64,000 bases of DNA from Chromatiales bacterium (GTDB taxonomy: Bacteria; Pseudomonadota; Gammaproteobacteria; SZUA-152), in NCBI GenBank assembly GCA_027010265.1, contig JALVCE010000116.1:1626-65625 (forward strand), written 5' to 3'. Of this stretch, positions 9,333-19,330 are shown in pieces. Position numbers and translations under genes: made by a program. Numbering within the stretch: position 1 is the first letter of the stretch; the number at the start of each line of letters is the position of its first letter. The notes beneath the pieces are model-generated. The model searched no databases. It worked only from the letters and a program-made list of their open reading frames with translations, and had not been told where the DNA came from.

Positions 9333-9542
9333 ATGTCCGATAAAACCAATCTTGCCAAGAAACCGTCTGTAGCCGAGGCCCGTCAACTGGCCTGCAATGT
9401 CTGCCTCGCCGAAATTCCCGAATCCGTAGCAATGAGTAGTGAGGGCGACGAGTACACTCAACACTTTTGCGGTATCGAGTGCTACAACCGCTGGCGTGAA
9501 GAAACGGAGAAGGAAGCATCGGAAACAACACAGGAAGACTGA
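9333..9542 (+). CDS. small Cys-rich zinc-ribbon protein (DUF3330-like)
   Basis: 69 aa. CNVCLAEIPESVA...HFCGIECYNRW (CxxC...CxxxC). GGAGA 7 nt upstream of the ATG. Embedded in the frame of a longer spurious ORF (8979..9542). Confidence 0.65.
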   Translation: MSDKTNLAKKPSVAEARQLACNVCLAEIPESVAMSSEGDEYTQHFCGIECYNRWREETEKEASETTQED

Positions 9543-9634
9543 CCTGCCACCCTGGGCGGGTAGCCGATGAGGGCGCGCGTTACCAGTACCGGTGTCAGAC
9601 CTGTACCTACGTCAAGAGGAGAAGGGGCCGCGTG

Positions 9635-9994
9635 TCAGTGGCCGCCTGAGGTGCTGATGATGTCCTCAGCGCTGGTATTTTTCTTGTATGCCATGATCTC
9701 CTGCAGGGAACGGAATACGCCGGTATCGAAATCACAGAATTTCAGACCAAACCCATCCTCGGCAACCCGCGCCACCCGGGCATTGATTTTGTGGCGGGTA
9801 TGTTGGCCTTCGTCAGATAACAGAAACACCAGCTCCACACCCTCGCTGTCCGGCATGCTGAAGGTGCATTCACGGGTCAGAAACGTACCACCCAGGCCGA
9901 TGTCGGAGGAAACACAGGAGCCCAGCAGCTCGCCCTGTTGATAGACGTCTACCTCCACCCGCAACGATTTTCTTTCACTCCAGCGTTTTTCCAT
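9635..9994 (-). CDS. stand-alone PilZ-domain protein
   Basis: 119 aa. RKSLR (RxxxR) followed 23 aa later by DIGLGG (DxSxxG-like). GGAGG upstream of ATG 9994. Confidence 0.8.
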   Translation of the reverse strand: MEKRWSERKSLRVEVDVYQQGELLGSCVSSDIGLGGTFLTRECTFSMPDSEGVELVFLLSDEGQHTRHKINARVARVAEDGFGLKFCDFDTGVFRSLQEIMAYKKNTSAEDIISTSGGH

Positions 9995-10281
9995 ACCTGC
10001 CTCCACCCAATGTCGGGCGCTCAAGATACCACCAGTTCCGGGTCCGTCCAACTACGGCAAACCCCTAAAAAGGCTCACAATTCCCCTACTCCCTGGTCCT
10101 ATCCAATAAACCTGTGAAGCAATATGTACGCCAACATTGGCACCTACGGTAAAATTTCTCATAAATTCAGCCGCTTGAATATAGGCCCATTCCAATTCGG
10201 CCTCCTCGGCCCGACCGCGATCACCGGACTGTAAAGTTATCCGACAGATTGCCTGGCATCCGGAACTCGCCACACTTGTTC

Positions 10282-11256
10282 TCAACTCCTCTCATAGGAA
10301 AAGGCGAGGGTCGCCTCCAGGCGCTCACACCCGCTCAGCACCAGCAACAATCTGTCCAATCCCAGGGCAACCCCGGCGCAGGCCGGCAATCCCGCCTTCA
10401 ATGCCCCCAGCACGCGCTCATCCAGGGCGACGGCCTCCCCGCCTGTCAGCTGACGGTGGCGCAGATCCGCCTCGAACCGGGCGCGCTGTTCACCGGCATC
10501 CTGCAATTCATGAAAGCCGTTGGCCAGCTCAACGCCGTCGATGAAAAGCTCGAAACGCTCGGCCACAGGGGGATCGCCGGGGCGGATCCGCGCCAGCACC
10601 GCCTGACTGGCGGGGTAATCATGGATGAAACAGGGCCCTTCACGTCCCAGAAGGGGTTGAACGCAATGGCCCATAAGCAGGTCCAGCCACTGATCCCGTT
10701 CCGTGAGGCCATCCACCGCCAGGCCCCGAGCCCGGGCACAGGCCGCCAGTTCATCCACCTCTGCCAGAAATGGATCAATGGCCAGATGCCGCTGGAAGGC
10801 CACGCGGTAACTGAATCGTTCTACGGGGCCAAGCACACGCAGCCCCGCGGCGAGTCGGCGCACCACAGCCTCGACTTCATCCATCAGCCGGAAGTGGTCG
10901 TATCCCGGCCGGTACCATTCAAGCAGAGTGAATTCAGGGTTATGCCTGCTCCCCTGTTCCCCCTGGCGGAAGGCCTTGCACACCTGATAGATGGGTCCGC
11001 TGCCTGCCGCCAGCAGGCGCTTCATGGCGAATTCCGGTGAGGTATTGAGATAGCGCGGGGATTCGCCCGGGACGGGGCAGGTGGTAAAACTGGTGATATG
11101 CGGATCGGGGTTGCCGGCGGCGGACAGCAGGGGGGTTTCCACCTCCAGCACCCCATGCTCGGCAAAATACTGGCGCAGGCGGGCGAGCATCCCGGCGCGC
11201 TGTTGCAACATGGCCAATGAGGCGGAAGGCCGCCAGTGGGTGGCTTGCTCGGTCAT
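10282..11256 (-). CDS. epmA: EF-P (R)-beta-lysine ligase (class II LysRS paralogue)
   Basis: 324 aa. EVETPLL, YLNTSPEFAMKRLLAAG, FRQGEQGSRHNPEFTLLEWY and GVALGLDRL class II aaRS motifs. Adjacent to efp. Confidence 0.93.
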   Translation of the reverse strand: MTEQATHWRPSASLAMLQQRAGMLARLRQYFAEHGVLEVETPLLSAAGNPDPHITSFTTCPVPGESPRYLNTSPEFAMKRLLAAGSGPIYQVCKAFRQGEQGSRHNPEFTLLEWYRPGYDHFRLMDEVEAVVRRLAAGLRVLGPVERFSYRVAFQRHLAIDPFLAEVDELAACARARGLAVDGLTERDQWLDLLMGHCVQPLLGREGPCFIHDYPASQAVLARIRPGDPPVAERFELFIDGVELANGFHELQDAGEQRARFEADLRHRQLTGGEAVALDERVLGALKAGLPACAGVALGLDRLLLVLSGCERLEATLAFSYERS

Positions 11257-11294
11257 AACGGCAGCCTGCTGGGTGATTCGGGCCTTGCCGGCCC

Positions 11295-11864
11295 TTAGCT
11301 CTTCACCCGCCCCACGTATTCACCGCTGCGGGTGTCCACCTTGATCACCTCGCCGGTCTCGATGAACAACGGCACCTTCACCACGGCGCCGGTCTCCAGG
11401 GTGGCGGGCTTGATGCCCCCCTGGGCGGTGTCGCCCTTGAGGCCGGGGTCGGTTTCGGTGATGGTCAGCTCGACGAAATTGGGAGGGGTCACGGCGATGG
11501 GCCGGTCATTCCAGGTGGTCACCTCGCACATGTCCTGCTCCTTGAGCCACTTGGCCTGGTCGCCCACGGCGGCGGCATCGGCGCCCACCTGCTCGAAGCT
11601 GCTGGGATCCATGAAATACCAGAATTCCCCGTCGCTGTAGAGGTACTGCATGTCGGTGTCCATGACATCGGCCCCCGGCAGGGACTCGCCGGACTTGTAG
11701 GTGCGCTCCACCACCCGGCCGCTGATCAGGTTGCGCAGCTTGACGCGGGTGAAGGCCTGGCCCTTGCCGGGCTTGACCATGTCCACGTCGATCATGGAAC
11801 AGGGATCACCGTCCACCATCACCTTCAGGCCGTTTCTGAATTCATTGGTTGCGTAATTAGCCAT
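11295..11864 (-). CDS. efp: elongation factor P
   Basis: [21 protein letters not shown]...[17 protein letters not shown], carrying the modifiable Lys in PGKGQAF. Confidence 0.96.
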   Translation of the reverse strand: MANYATNEFRNGLKVMVDGDPCSMIDVDMVKPGKGQAFTRVKLRNLISGRVVERTYKSGESLPGADVMDTDMQYLYSDGEFWYFMDPSSFEQVGADAAAVGDQAKWLKEQDMCEVTTWNDRPIAVTPPNFVELTITETDPGLKGDTAQGGIKPATLETGAVVKVPLFIETGEVIKVDTRSGEYVGRVKS

Positions 11865-11937
11865 TTCTACCTCGATCTGGGAACATGCCCCTCTCATTGC
11901 GAAGAGCCCACGAAGAACTCATTTGTAAAAGACGCGC

Positions 11938-13026
11938 ATGATACCGCTTAGCACCAGCCTTTGTCAGTCCGACACGCCGGAATCCACCGAAAACAGCCCC
12001 TGGCAGCGTGAACTGGCGCGGGCCATCAAGGATCCCCGGACCCTGCTGGGCCTGCTGGATCTCAAGCCTTCCGACATCCCCGGCGGCATCGACCCCCGGC
12101 CGGGCTTCCCCCTGCGCGTGCCCCGTGGCTACGTGGCGCGCATGGGCCGGGGAGACCCCCTCGACCCCCTGTTGATGCAGGTCTTGCCACGAGGCCTGGA
12201 AACAGCCCCCCAACCCGGCTTTGTGGCGGATCCCGTGGGCGACACCGAGGCCACGGTGATTCCCGGTCTGCTGCACAAGTACCACGGCCGGGTGCTGCTG
12301 ATCACCACCGGCGTCTGCCCCGTACACTGCCGGTACTGTTTCCGTCGCCACTTCCCCTACCCCGAGCACCGTCCGGAGGATCGCCACTGGCAGGCCGCGG
12401 TGGACTACATCGCCGCCCGGCCGGACATCAACGAGGTGATCCTCAGTGGCGGTGACCCCTTGTCCCTGGGCACAACACGTCTTGCGCAAATTACCCAGGC
12501 ACTGCATCCCATTCCCCACCTGCGCCGACTGCGTCTGCACAGCCGCGTACCCGTGGTGCTGCCGGAGCGCATCGACCCCGCCCTGTTGCAGTGGCTCGGT
12601 GAACTGCCCTGGCAAACCGTACTGGTGATCCACGCCAACCATGCCAATGAAATGGACACCAGCGTCGTCAGCGCCCTTGCATCACTGCGTCAGCAGGGCA
12701 TTACCCTGCTCAACCAGGCCGTGCTGCTCAAGGGTGTCAATGACACACTCGAGGCTCAATGCGCGCTCAGCGAGACCCTCTTCCACAGCGGTGTGCTGCC
12801 CTATTACCTGCATCTGCTGGATCCGGTACATGGGGCCGGACATTTTGATATCAGCCATCAACAGGGCGCGACGCTGATTAGCGCCCTGTCCCGCCGCCTG
12901 CCCGGATTCCTGGTACCCCGCCTGGTGCGCGAACAGGCGGGGGCGCCCTACAAACTGCCCGTCGGCCAGACGCAAACCACCAGTGAAACCAACCAAATCG
13001 CTCATTACCACAGTAAGAGAAAGTGA
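11938..13026 (+). CDS. epmB: EF-P beta-lysylation protein, lysine 2,3-aminomutase-like radical SAM enzyme
   Basis: CPVHCRYCFRR radical-SAM cluster motif. ILSGGDPL. Divergent from efp-epmA. Confidence 0.92.
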   Translation: MIPLSTSLCQSDTPESTENSPWQRELARAIKDPRTLLGLLDLKPSDIPGGIDPRPGFPLRVPRGYVARMGRGDPLDPLLMQVLPRGLETAPQPGFVADPVGDTEATVIPGLLHKYHGRVLLITTGVCPVHCRYCFRRHFPYPEHRPEDRHWQAAVDYIAARPDINEVILSGGDPLSLGTTRLAQITQALHPIPHLRRLRLHSRVPVVLPERIDPALLQWLGELPWQTVLVIHANHANEMDTSVVSALASLRQQGITLLNQAVLLKGVNDTLEAQCALSETLFHSGVLPYYLHLLDPVHGAGHFDISHQQGATLISALSRRLPGFLVPRLVREQAGAPYKLPVGQTQTTSETNQIAHYHSKRK

Positions 13027-13328
13027 TCTTTCGGGCAAACACCTCTTCTCTGGCCTCCAGAACTTCACCCGCAACGGGCCACACTGAAAAGGGCTGTACC
13101 TAGGGTCTTTAACACTAAAGAGCCCCGTAAATATGCCGACCTAGCTAACAGACTGTAGTGGTTCAGTACCGGCGGTGTGACGTTTTCCACACAGCGCCGT
13201 ATACTCGTGCCGGGTTGTGGCGGAAGTCCCGGTTTCGGGAGAACAATCTGCAACCAGAACGATCCGCAACCGCTGAAACGGAACACTGTGTTTAAGGACG
13301 CTCTGGTTATTTGACATCTCGCCATTCC

Positions 13329-13356
13329 GGCATATGCCGGAAAGCAGAAAGAGGCT
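13329..13356. repeat. degenerate REP unit
   Basis: CTCGCCATTCCGGCATATGCCGGAAAGCAG resembles the GTCATTCCGGCGAAGGCCGGAATCCAG family. Confidence 0.5.
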
Positions 13357-13446
13357 CCCGGCGTGGGAGATCGGCCTTCGCGGGAATAAGCAATGAATGA
13401 GTACTTCCTTAATGAGCATACAATCAAGTAGTCATCAGGAGCACAT

Positions 13447-15318
13447 GTGGTGAGTCACACCCCCGAGGGATTGCTCAACATCCCTGAACAACACAAACCC
13501 ACCTCCGCATCCTTCGATGCACGTCCTAAGCAGGTGGATGCCTGGCTTGCCACTCTGCCCATGGCCAATACCGGCGAGAGTGCCCGGCATATTTTTGCGG
13601 CCCTGCGGGAAATGAATCGCCTGATCCTGCCCGAGCACGACCGCTACAAATCCCTGGAACTGTTGCGCGGCCCGGTGTACCAGATCACCGAGGTACTGAA
13701 AAAACACTACATCAACCAAAACCTCCCCCTTTCACCAAAAAACCAGAAAATTGCCGAGCTGGCCATCCAGCTCAATTCGGAAATGGCCATTGGCTACAAG
13801 GCGGTGATCCAGGACAAGCTGAGCAAGACCTTCTCCCGCCTGAGCAACAGGACCCTGGGCGTGTGTATTCATCGCGCCATTCGTTATCTCAGTAATGTCC
13901 TGTTGTGCGCCTATCAAATCTATATCCAGCACCCGGAGAATGTCTGGCTGCAGGTACACCGTCTGTACCTGTATGCAGAAAGCCACAAGCTGCACAATGC
14001 CCTGATCAAGGATCATGTGGCCCCGGATGTGGTGATGGACAGCACCATCGCCAATCTCTACAAACAGATTCTTTTGCTGGCCCTGTGTGGGCCCTATCGC
14101 CTGCGCCAGCCCATTACCGAAACCGTGTACAACTCCCTGGAATCCTGGGCGCAACATGCCCGCATCCTTCCCTATGGCGAGATCCAGGATGACAGCTACG
14201 CCTTTAACATCAGCATGAACACCGACGCCGCACCCGGCTATTTTCGTGATGACGGCACCGCCAATCCGGCCTTTTGCCGCACCGTGGACACCAGCGAGCT
14301 GGTACAGGCCATGAGCAACAGCATGCTCGCCGATAGCGGCAAGACCCTGTCGCAAATACCCGAGGATGTGCAAAAACGACTGGTGATGACCTGGAGCGGT
14401 AAATCCCATCGTACCTTTCCGCGCACCACGAAGAACAACGAAATCGCCATCACCCTCGGACTCAGCGCCACCCACCACTACATCGATGAGATTATCCGGC
14501 CCTTGTTGAAGGATCCCACGGCCACCTGCCCCACAGCCACCGAGGCCCTGCACAATGGCCGGCCCCTGGGCAAGGACGAGCATGAGGACGAGGATGATTT
14601 TGTTCTCGACGAACGAGCCCGCTACACCAGCACACCCGTTTTCGGCATTAGCAACCTGGATGACCATACACCGGATATCTGGGATCCGGACTTTACCTAT
14701 CGCGCCAACAATCCCAGCTATTCCCTGGGGGCTGACGAGGGCAATGAAGACGAAGAACGCGACAACTCTTCGTTATATGCCTACACCCCGCTGCCCTGTA
14801 AAGGCATCAACGAAAGTGCCGGCGGTTATTGCCTGCTGGGTTACCTGGAATACGGCAAGGACTCGCAAAAGGTACAAGTGGGTGAACTGGTCGGCATCCG
14901 TGACAATATGTCCGCCAACAGCACCCAGCTGGGTATCGGTATCATCCGCCGCATCAAGAACTGGAAGAACGGCCTGGAACTGGGTATCCAGAAACTGGCC
15001 CCCTGTGCCGACGCCATCGCCCTGGCCAATATCCCCAAAGACGACGCCCCGGAAAAATACCAACGCAGCCTGGTGCTGCCCAGGCTGGCCGGCATCGATC
15101 AGCCCGCCACTCTCATCACCCACGCCTGGCATCAGACCGACGACGAACTGATTGCCAACGTGCACGGTCATCGCACACACATCCGCCTGACTAAACAACT
15201 GGAATCCACTGGTGTATTCTCCCAGTTTGAATTCAGCGTGCTTGAGAACAGGGTTAAAAAGCCGGCCCGCAGCATCGAACCCGAAGACGAGTTCGATACC
15301 GTATGGAAACTCATTTGA
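13447..15318 (+). CDS. uncharacterised 623-aa protein with PilZ-like C-terminal domain (paralogue of 17448..19328)
   Basis: GTG start 6 nt after AGGAG. C-terminus GINESAGGYCLLG...LGIGIIRRIK resembles the (D/N)xSxxG beta-barrel of PilZ. 30 bp upstream of fimX on the same strand. Confidence 0.8.
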   Translation: MVSHTPEGLLNIPEQHKPTSASFDARPKQVDAWLATLPMANTGESARHIFAALREMNRLILPEHDRYKSLELLRGPVYQITEVLKKHYINQNLPLSPKNQKIAELAIQLNSEMAIGYKAVIQDKLSKTFSRLSNRTLGVCIHRAIRYLSNVLLCAYQIYIQHPENVWLQVHRLYLYAESHKLHNALIKDHVAPDVVMDSTIANLYKQILLLALCGPYRLRQPITETVYNSLESWAQHARILPYGEIQDDSYAFNISMNTDAAPGYFRDDGTANPAFCRTVDTSELVQAMSNSMLADSGKTLSQIPEDVQKRLVMTWSGKSHRTFPRTTKNNEIAITLGLSATHHYIDEIIRPLLKDPTATCPTATEALHNGRPLGKDEHEDEDDFVLDERARYTSTPVFGISNLDDHTPDIWDPDFTYRANNPSYSLGADEGNEDEERDNSSLYAYTPLPCKGINESAGGYCLLGYLEYGKDSQKVQVGELVGIRDNMSANSTQLGIGIIRRIKNWKNGLELGIQKLAPCADAIALANIPKDDAPEKYQRSLVLPRLAGIDQPATLITHAWHQTDDELIANVHGHRTHIRLTKQLESTGVFSQFEFSVLENRVKKPARSIEPEDEFDTVWKLI

Positions 15319-15348
15319 ATCTCTCGATAGACAAGTCAGGAGCAACTT

Positions 15349-17427
15349 TTGGATAACGCAAACGTCATCCGTCCACTCATTCTCGAAGAATCCGCCAATG
15401 AAGCAGAAGCCCTGGCCAGCGCCTTGCGTAATGCCGGCTACGCCGTGCGCTACAAATACGTGGAAGACGCAGAAGACCTGCAAGAAGCCCTGGAGAATCA
15501 AAGTTGGGACATTCTACTGGCCGCCCAGCAAATAGGCGACTTTTCCGCCATCCAGGCCCTGGGCATTATCAAGAAAAGCGGTAAAGATATTCCCTGCGTT
15601 GTCTTCGCCAGCGAGCGCAGCGATGCGCTGACCGTTGAAACGATGAAGGCCGGAGCCGTGGATCTGGTAGCCGAAGGCTCACAGGAACATCTACTCCTGG
15701 TTATTGAGCGGGAAATCAACAACCTTCAAGAACGTCGCGAACATCGTCGTTGCAAAAGTCTCTACAACGAAAGCGAAAAACGCAACCGCGTCTTGCTGGA
15801 CAGTTCCCGCGACCCCATTGCCTACATCCACGAAGGCATGCATATCTACGCCAACCAGAGCTACCAGGAAATCTTCGGTTACGATGACCTGGAAGAACTG
15901 GAAAGCGTCCCCATCATGGACATGATTAGTCCCGACGAACAACAAAGCTTCAAGGACGTGCTGCGCAGCATCAGCAATAATGAGCCTCCTGAAGGCACCC
16001 TGGAATACCAGGCGGTGCGGGAAGATGGCGAAGTATTCGCCGCCACAATGGAGTTTTCGCGCGCCAGCATCGATGGCGAAGCCTGCACACAGGTAATGAT
16101 TCACCGCAAGAGCGACAACAAGGCGCTGGAGAAAGAGATCGAACAACTGCGTCAGCAGGACTTGCTAACCGGCCTGTACAACAATCAATATTTCATGGAA
16201 CAGGTTCAGCTCGCCGTGGATCAGGCCAATAAAAATGAAGAAAAATACGCCCTGCTGTATATCGAGCCGGATAACTTCAAAAATATCAAGGACACTCTGG
16301 GTATCGCCGAAAGCGACCTGGTGCTCTCGGATATTGCCAAGTACATTCAGAGCGTTTTCCCGGAGGAAGGCTCACAGATTGCGCGCTATGCCGGCACTAT
16401 CTTTACCGTACTGCTCAGCGGCCCGCTGCAAAAAGAAGCCGAGGCCCTGGCAGAAAAACTCAGCAGTGGCATCATTGACAAAATCTTCGAGGCAGACGGC
16501 AAGAGTGTCACCACCACCTGCAGCATCGGACTGTCTACCATCACTGAAACCACCCCGGACGCCAAGAAAGCCATCTCACAAACCGAAGCCGCCTGCAGCA
16601 TCGCCAAGGAAAAGGGCGGCAGTCAGGTGCATGTCTTCTCTGTAGAAGATGCCCTGGCCAGTCTGGAAGCAGACAAACGTATTGTTACGCTGCTTGAGCT
16701 GGCGTTGAAGAACAATCGCTTCGTCCTGCAATATCAACCCATCGTCAGCCTGCATGCCGAACCCGGTGAACGCTACGAAGTTCTGCTGCGGCTCAAGGAT
16801 CAGGATGAGTCACTGATCATGCCAGCCGATTTCATGGCCGCCGCTGAACAAGCGGGGTTGATGAACGATATCGATAAATGGGTCATCAAGAATGCTGCCA
16901 GGGCCATCCTGGACAAGCGCAAGATGGGCAAGGAGATCCAGTTATTTATCAAGGTCTCGGCAGATTCCCTGCGTGATCCAAACCTGTTGGTGTGGATCAG
17001 CAAGCTGTTGCAGGCTGCACGTCTGCACGGCGACAGCCTGGTATTCGAGATCAGCGAACAGGTGGCGCTGGAGAACCTCAAGGCCGCCAAAACCTTCTCC
17101 AACGGCCTCCAGCAGTTACACTGTAACATGGCCCTCGATCATGCAGGTAAGGAATCCGAAGACCTTACCTATCTCAAACACCTGCAACTGAAGTACCTGA
17201 AAATAGACGGCAGCCACATCAGTAACGTAGCCAGCGATGAAAGCCAGGAAATCATTCAGCGGATTGCCGAAACCGGCCGCGAAAACAACATTCTTACAAT
17301 TGCCGAACACGTACAGGATCCCACCTGCCTTGCGGTGCTCTGGCAACACGGCGTCAATTTCATTCAGGGCTATTACCTGCAACCACCGGAAGACTCTCTG
17401 GATTACGACTTCAGCAGCAGCGACTGA
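15349..17427 (+). CDS. fimX: FimX-like c-di-GMP receptor: pseudo-receiver, PAS, degenerate GGDEF, EVL-type EAL
   Basis: 692 aa. REC-like N-terminus lacks the acceptor Asp (WDILLAAQQIGD). PAS (RDPIAYIHEGMHIYANQSYQEIFGY). The GGDEF position reads ARYAGTIF. The EAL motif reads YEVLLRL. TTG start 6 nt after AGGAG. Architecture and motif decay match P. aeruginosa FimX as I recall it. Confidence 0.82.
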   Translation: MDNANVIRPLILEESANEAEALASALRNAGYAVRYKYVEDAEDLQEALENQSWDILLAAQQIGDFSAIQALGIIKKSGKDIPCVVFASERSDALTVETMKAGAVDLVAEGSQEHLLLVIEREINNLQERREHRRCKSLYNESEKRNRVLLDSSRDPIAYIHEGMHIYANQSYQEIFGYDDLEELESVPIMDMISPDEQQSFKDVLRSISNNEPPEGTLEYQAVREDGEVFAATMEFSRASIDGEACTQVMIHRKSDNKALEKEIEQLRQQDLLTGLYNNQYFMEQVQLAVDQANKNEEKYALLYIEPDNFKNIKDTLGIAESDLVLSDIAKYIQSVFPEEGSQIARYAGTIFTVLLSGPLQKEAEALAEKLSSGIIDKIFEADGKSVTTTCSIGLSTITETTPDAKKAISQTEAACSIAKEKGGSQVHVFSVEDALASLEADKRIVTLLELALKNNRFVLQYQPIVSLHAEPGERYEVLLRLKDQDESLIMPADFMAAAEQAGLMNDIDKWVIKNAARAILDKRKMGKEIQLFIKVSADSLRDPNLLVWISKLLQAARLHGDSLVFEISEQVALENLKAAKTFSNGLQQLHCNMALDHAGKESEDLTYLKHLQLKYLKIDGSHISNVASDESQEIIQRIAETGRENNILTIAEHVQDPTCLAVLWQHGVNFIQGYYLQPPEDSLDYDFSSSD

Positions 17428-17447
17428 CTACGTGCGACCTGCAGACC

Positions 17448-19328
17448 TCAGAGGCTCTCCTTCAGGGAATACACCACGAACTCACGCTGTATCTTCTGCA
17501 TCTCGGAAATAATCGCCGCCTGTTGCCGGTCAAGCTCGATTTTCACAGATGTACCCGAAGACAAACGATGGCTTTGATGCAGCATCAAACGTCGCTTACC
17601 TCCATCATCTTCTATGATGATGGCAGGTAAAGCCATGTCATTCTTGCGTAGAAAGTCACTCTGTACGGCAGTGGCCACCACCTTGTTGGCGAGAATACGA
17701 ATCGTCACCTCGATCTCTTTACGGATGTTGCGCCGCAGCCGCACCACATAACCCAGCGTGGGTTGTGTCAATTCCTCTCTGGAATAGGCAAACGCCACCA
17801 CCTGACCAATGAACAGTGCCGTCGTGAATTCACTCTCCCGAGTCTTGATATGGACACCACCGGCACTCCTGTCAACCACAAACCACTGACCGAATTCACT
17901 GGCTTCCAGGTCGGCAGCGATCAGTGCGGAGCGTCCCGCCAGAGCATCCCGTAACTCATTGTCTGGTGCCAGTTCAGAATTCTCAACCTGTTGATCCAGC
18001 GCTATGTCCACCAGCAATTTATACACAGACATAAAACCGTTATAGACATAAAGAATTTTCTGGCCGATGATGTATTCTCGTTCTTGCTTGCGCCGCTTGA
18101 GATGCAGACTGTCACACATGGCATCGATGGTGAGCAGATTGGTTAGGTCATCCTTGTCGGCCACCATGTCGTATTTGCTTTTTACGCCCTGACCTTTCAA
18201 ACCCTGAGCATCACCTGGCCCTTCAGCTTCCTGGCCGTCATGAAAATCCTCAGACTCGAAACGTCGCAGCAGCTTGCTGTGTTCCTGCATCAACGCCGCG
18301 TCCATAGGGGCGACATCAATAATTAACGCGGGTAACTGCAGATCCGTCACAGGCGTTCCAGCTATGGACAGCTCACCCCTGGACTTCAGCCATTCGAGTT
18401 GCCGGCGCCGCTGTTTCTCATCCTCACGCTTGAAAAGCGCCGGGCCATTCTGGCCGAAATACACCAGCAACTTGCCACGGCCCAATGACTTGCCATGATC
18501 AGGAATAATGGTAATGGAATTGATGACACCGGCCACTTGCGCATCCACCACATGCAGCTTCTGACAGGAAAGGCTGTTGACGTCAAACAGACCATTGAGT
18601 TGAATGGAAAGATACATCAGGTTCAGCGAAGTATTGATGGGGGCGCGACGCTCGGCCTCACTGCCCGGCCCGTCCAATAACACCTGCAAACAATTCAGGG
18701 CCGGCCGCATCTCCTCTACATCCGCACATTGGGCAATAACAAAAAATAGCTGATTACAATCCTGCCATTGTCTTTCAGGAAGCTTTTGATATCGCATGGC
18801 GCGCAGGCGCTGCTCCATGCGAATCAGCTCAAAAACCCTTAATGCATGGGTATGGATACGTGAACGCAGCCTGGCAAAACGCACATCCGGCAGGGCAAAA
18901 TCTTCGTTCAACTGACGCTTGTAAGCTGCGGCCAATTGACCACACACGGCAATCGCCGCCACCAGGCCTTCCCTCCGATCATGGGATTCGGGCAAGGCCT
19001 CGGACTTGTAGTGCTCGGAATAGATTTTACGTATCGCCGGACAGGCGTATTGCAGGGCGTGTTCCGTCCAGCCCAGGCGCTTGGCGCTGCTGATACGTTC
19101 GGTATTGACTCGCTGCAGATAACGGTCGATTTCGCGCAGCAACTCGGTGGGATAATTGTTCAGTTCCTTCCAGGTGTCCGGTGGCGCCTCCAGTTTCTGC
19201 TGGCGCCGGTTGCGAACCCGAATCACGGGCACATCCAGTTTCAATGGCAGGGTGCGTGGCGCAACGGCTTCTCCCTTGGCGCCCATCCATGGCAAACGAT
19301 CCCACCATTGCAACCAGTTAGAAATCAT
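17448..19328 (-). CDS. uncharacterised 626-aa protein with PilZ-like C-terminal domain (paralogue of 13447..15318)
   Basis: ATG lies 2 nt after the parC stop. C-terminus VVDRSAGGVHIKT...LGYVVRLRR. Shares the HY...LP.S...YK and PE..W blocks with the 623-aa protein. Confidence 0.8.
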   Translation of the reverse strand: MISNWLQWWDRLPWMGAKGEAVAPRTLPLKLDVPVIRVRNRRQQKLEAPPDTWKELNNYPTELLREIDRYLQRVNTERISSAKRLGWTEHALQYACPAIRKIYSEHYKSEALPESHDRREGLVAAIAVCGQLAAAYKRQLNEDFALPDVRFARLRSRIHTHALRVFELIRMEQRLRAMRYQKLPERQWQDCNQLFFVIAQCADVEEMRPALNCLQVLLDGPGSEAERRAPINTSLNLMYLSIQLNGLFDVNSLSCQKLHVVDAQVAGVINSITIIPDHGKSLGRGKLLVYFGQNGPALFKREDEKQRRRQLEWLKSRGELSIAGTPVTDLQLPALIIDVAPMDAALMQEHSKLLRRFESEDFHDGQEAEGPGDAQGLKGQGVKSKYDMVADKDDLTNLLTIDAMCDSLHLKRRKQEREYIIGQKILYVYNGFMSVYKLLVDIALDQQVENSELAPDNELRDALAGRSALIAADLEASEFGQWFVVDRSAGGVHIKTRESEFTTALFIGQVVAFAYSREELTQPTLGYVVRLRRNIRKEIEVTIRILANKVVATAVQSDFLRKNDMALPAIIIEDDGGKRRLMLHQSHRLSSGTSVKIELDRQQAAIISEMQKIQREFVVYSLKESL

Positions 19329-19330
19329 AA

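Noticed and set aside
10052-10285. 77-aa minus-strand ORF between epmA and the PilZ gene
   Set aside because: No recognisable motifs or RBS. It is probably the PilZ promoter/leader region. An sRNA cannot be excluded, but I see no evidence for one.
13065-13427. 120-aa and 92-aa minus-strand ORFs in the epmB / PilZ-like-gene spacer
   Set aside because: No RBS, an atypical composition, and overlap with a REP-like unit. Treated as non-coding leader.
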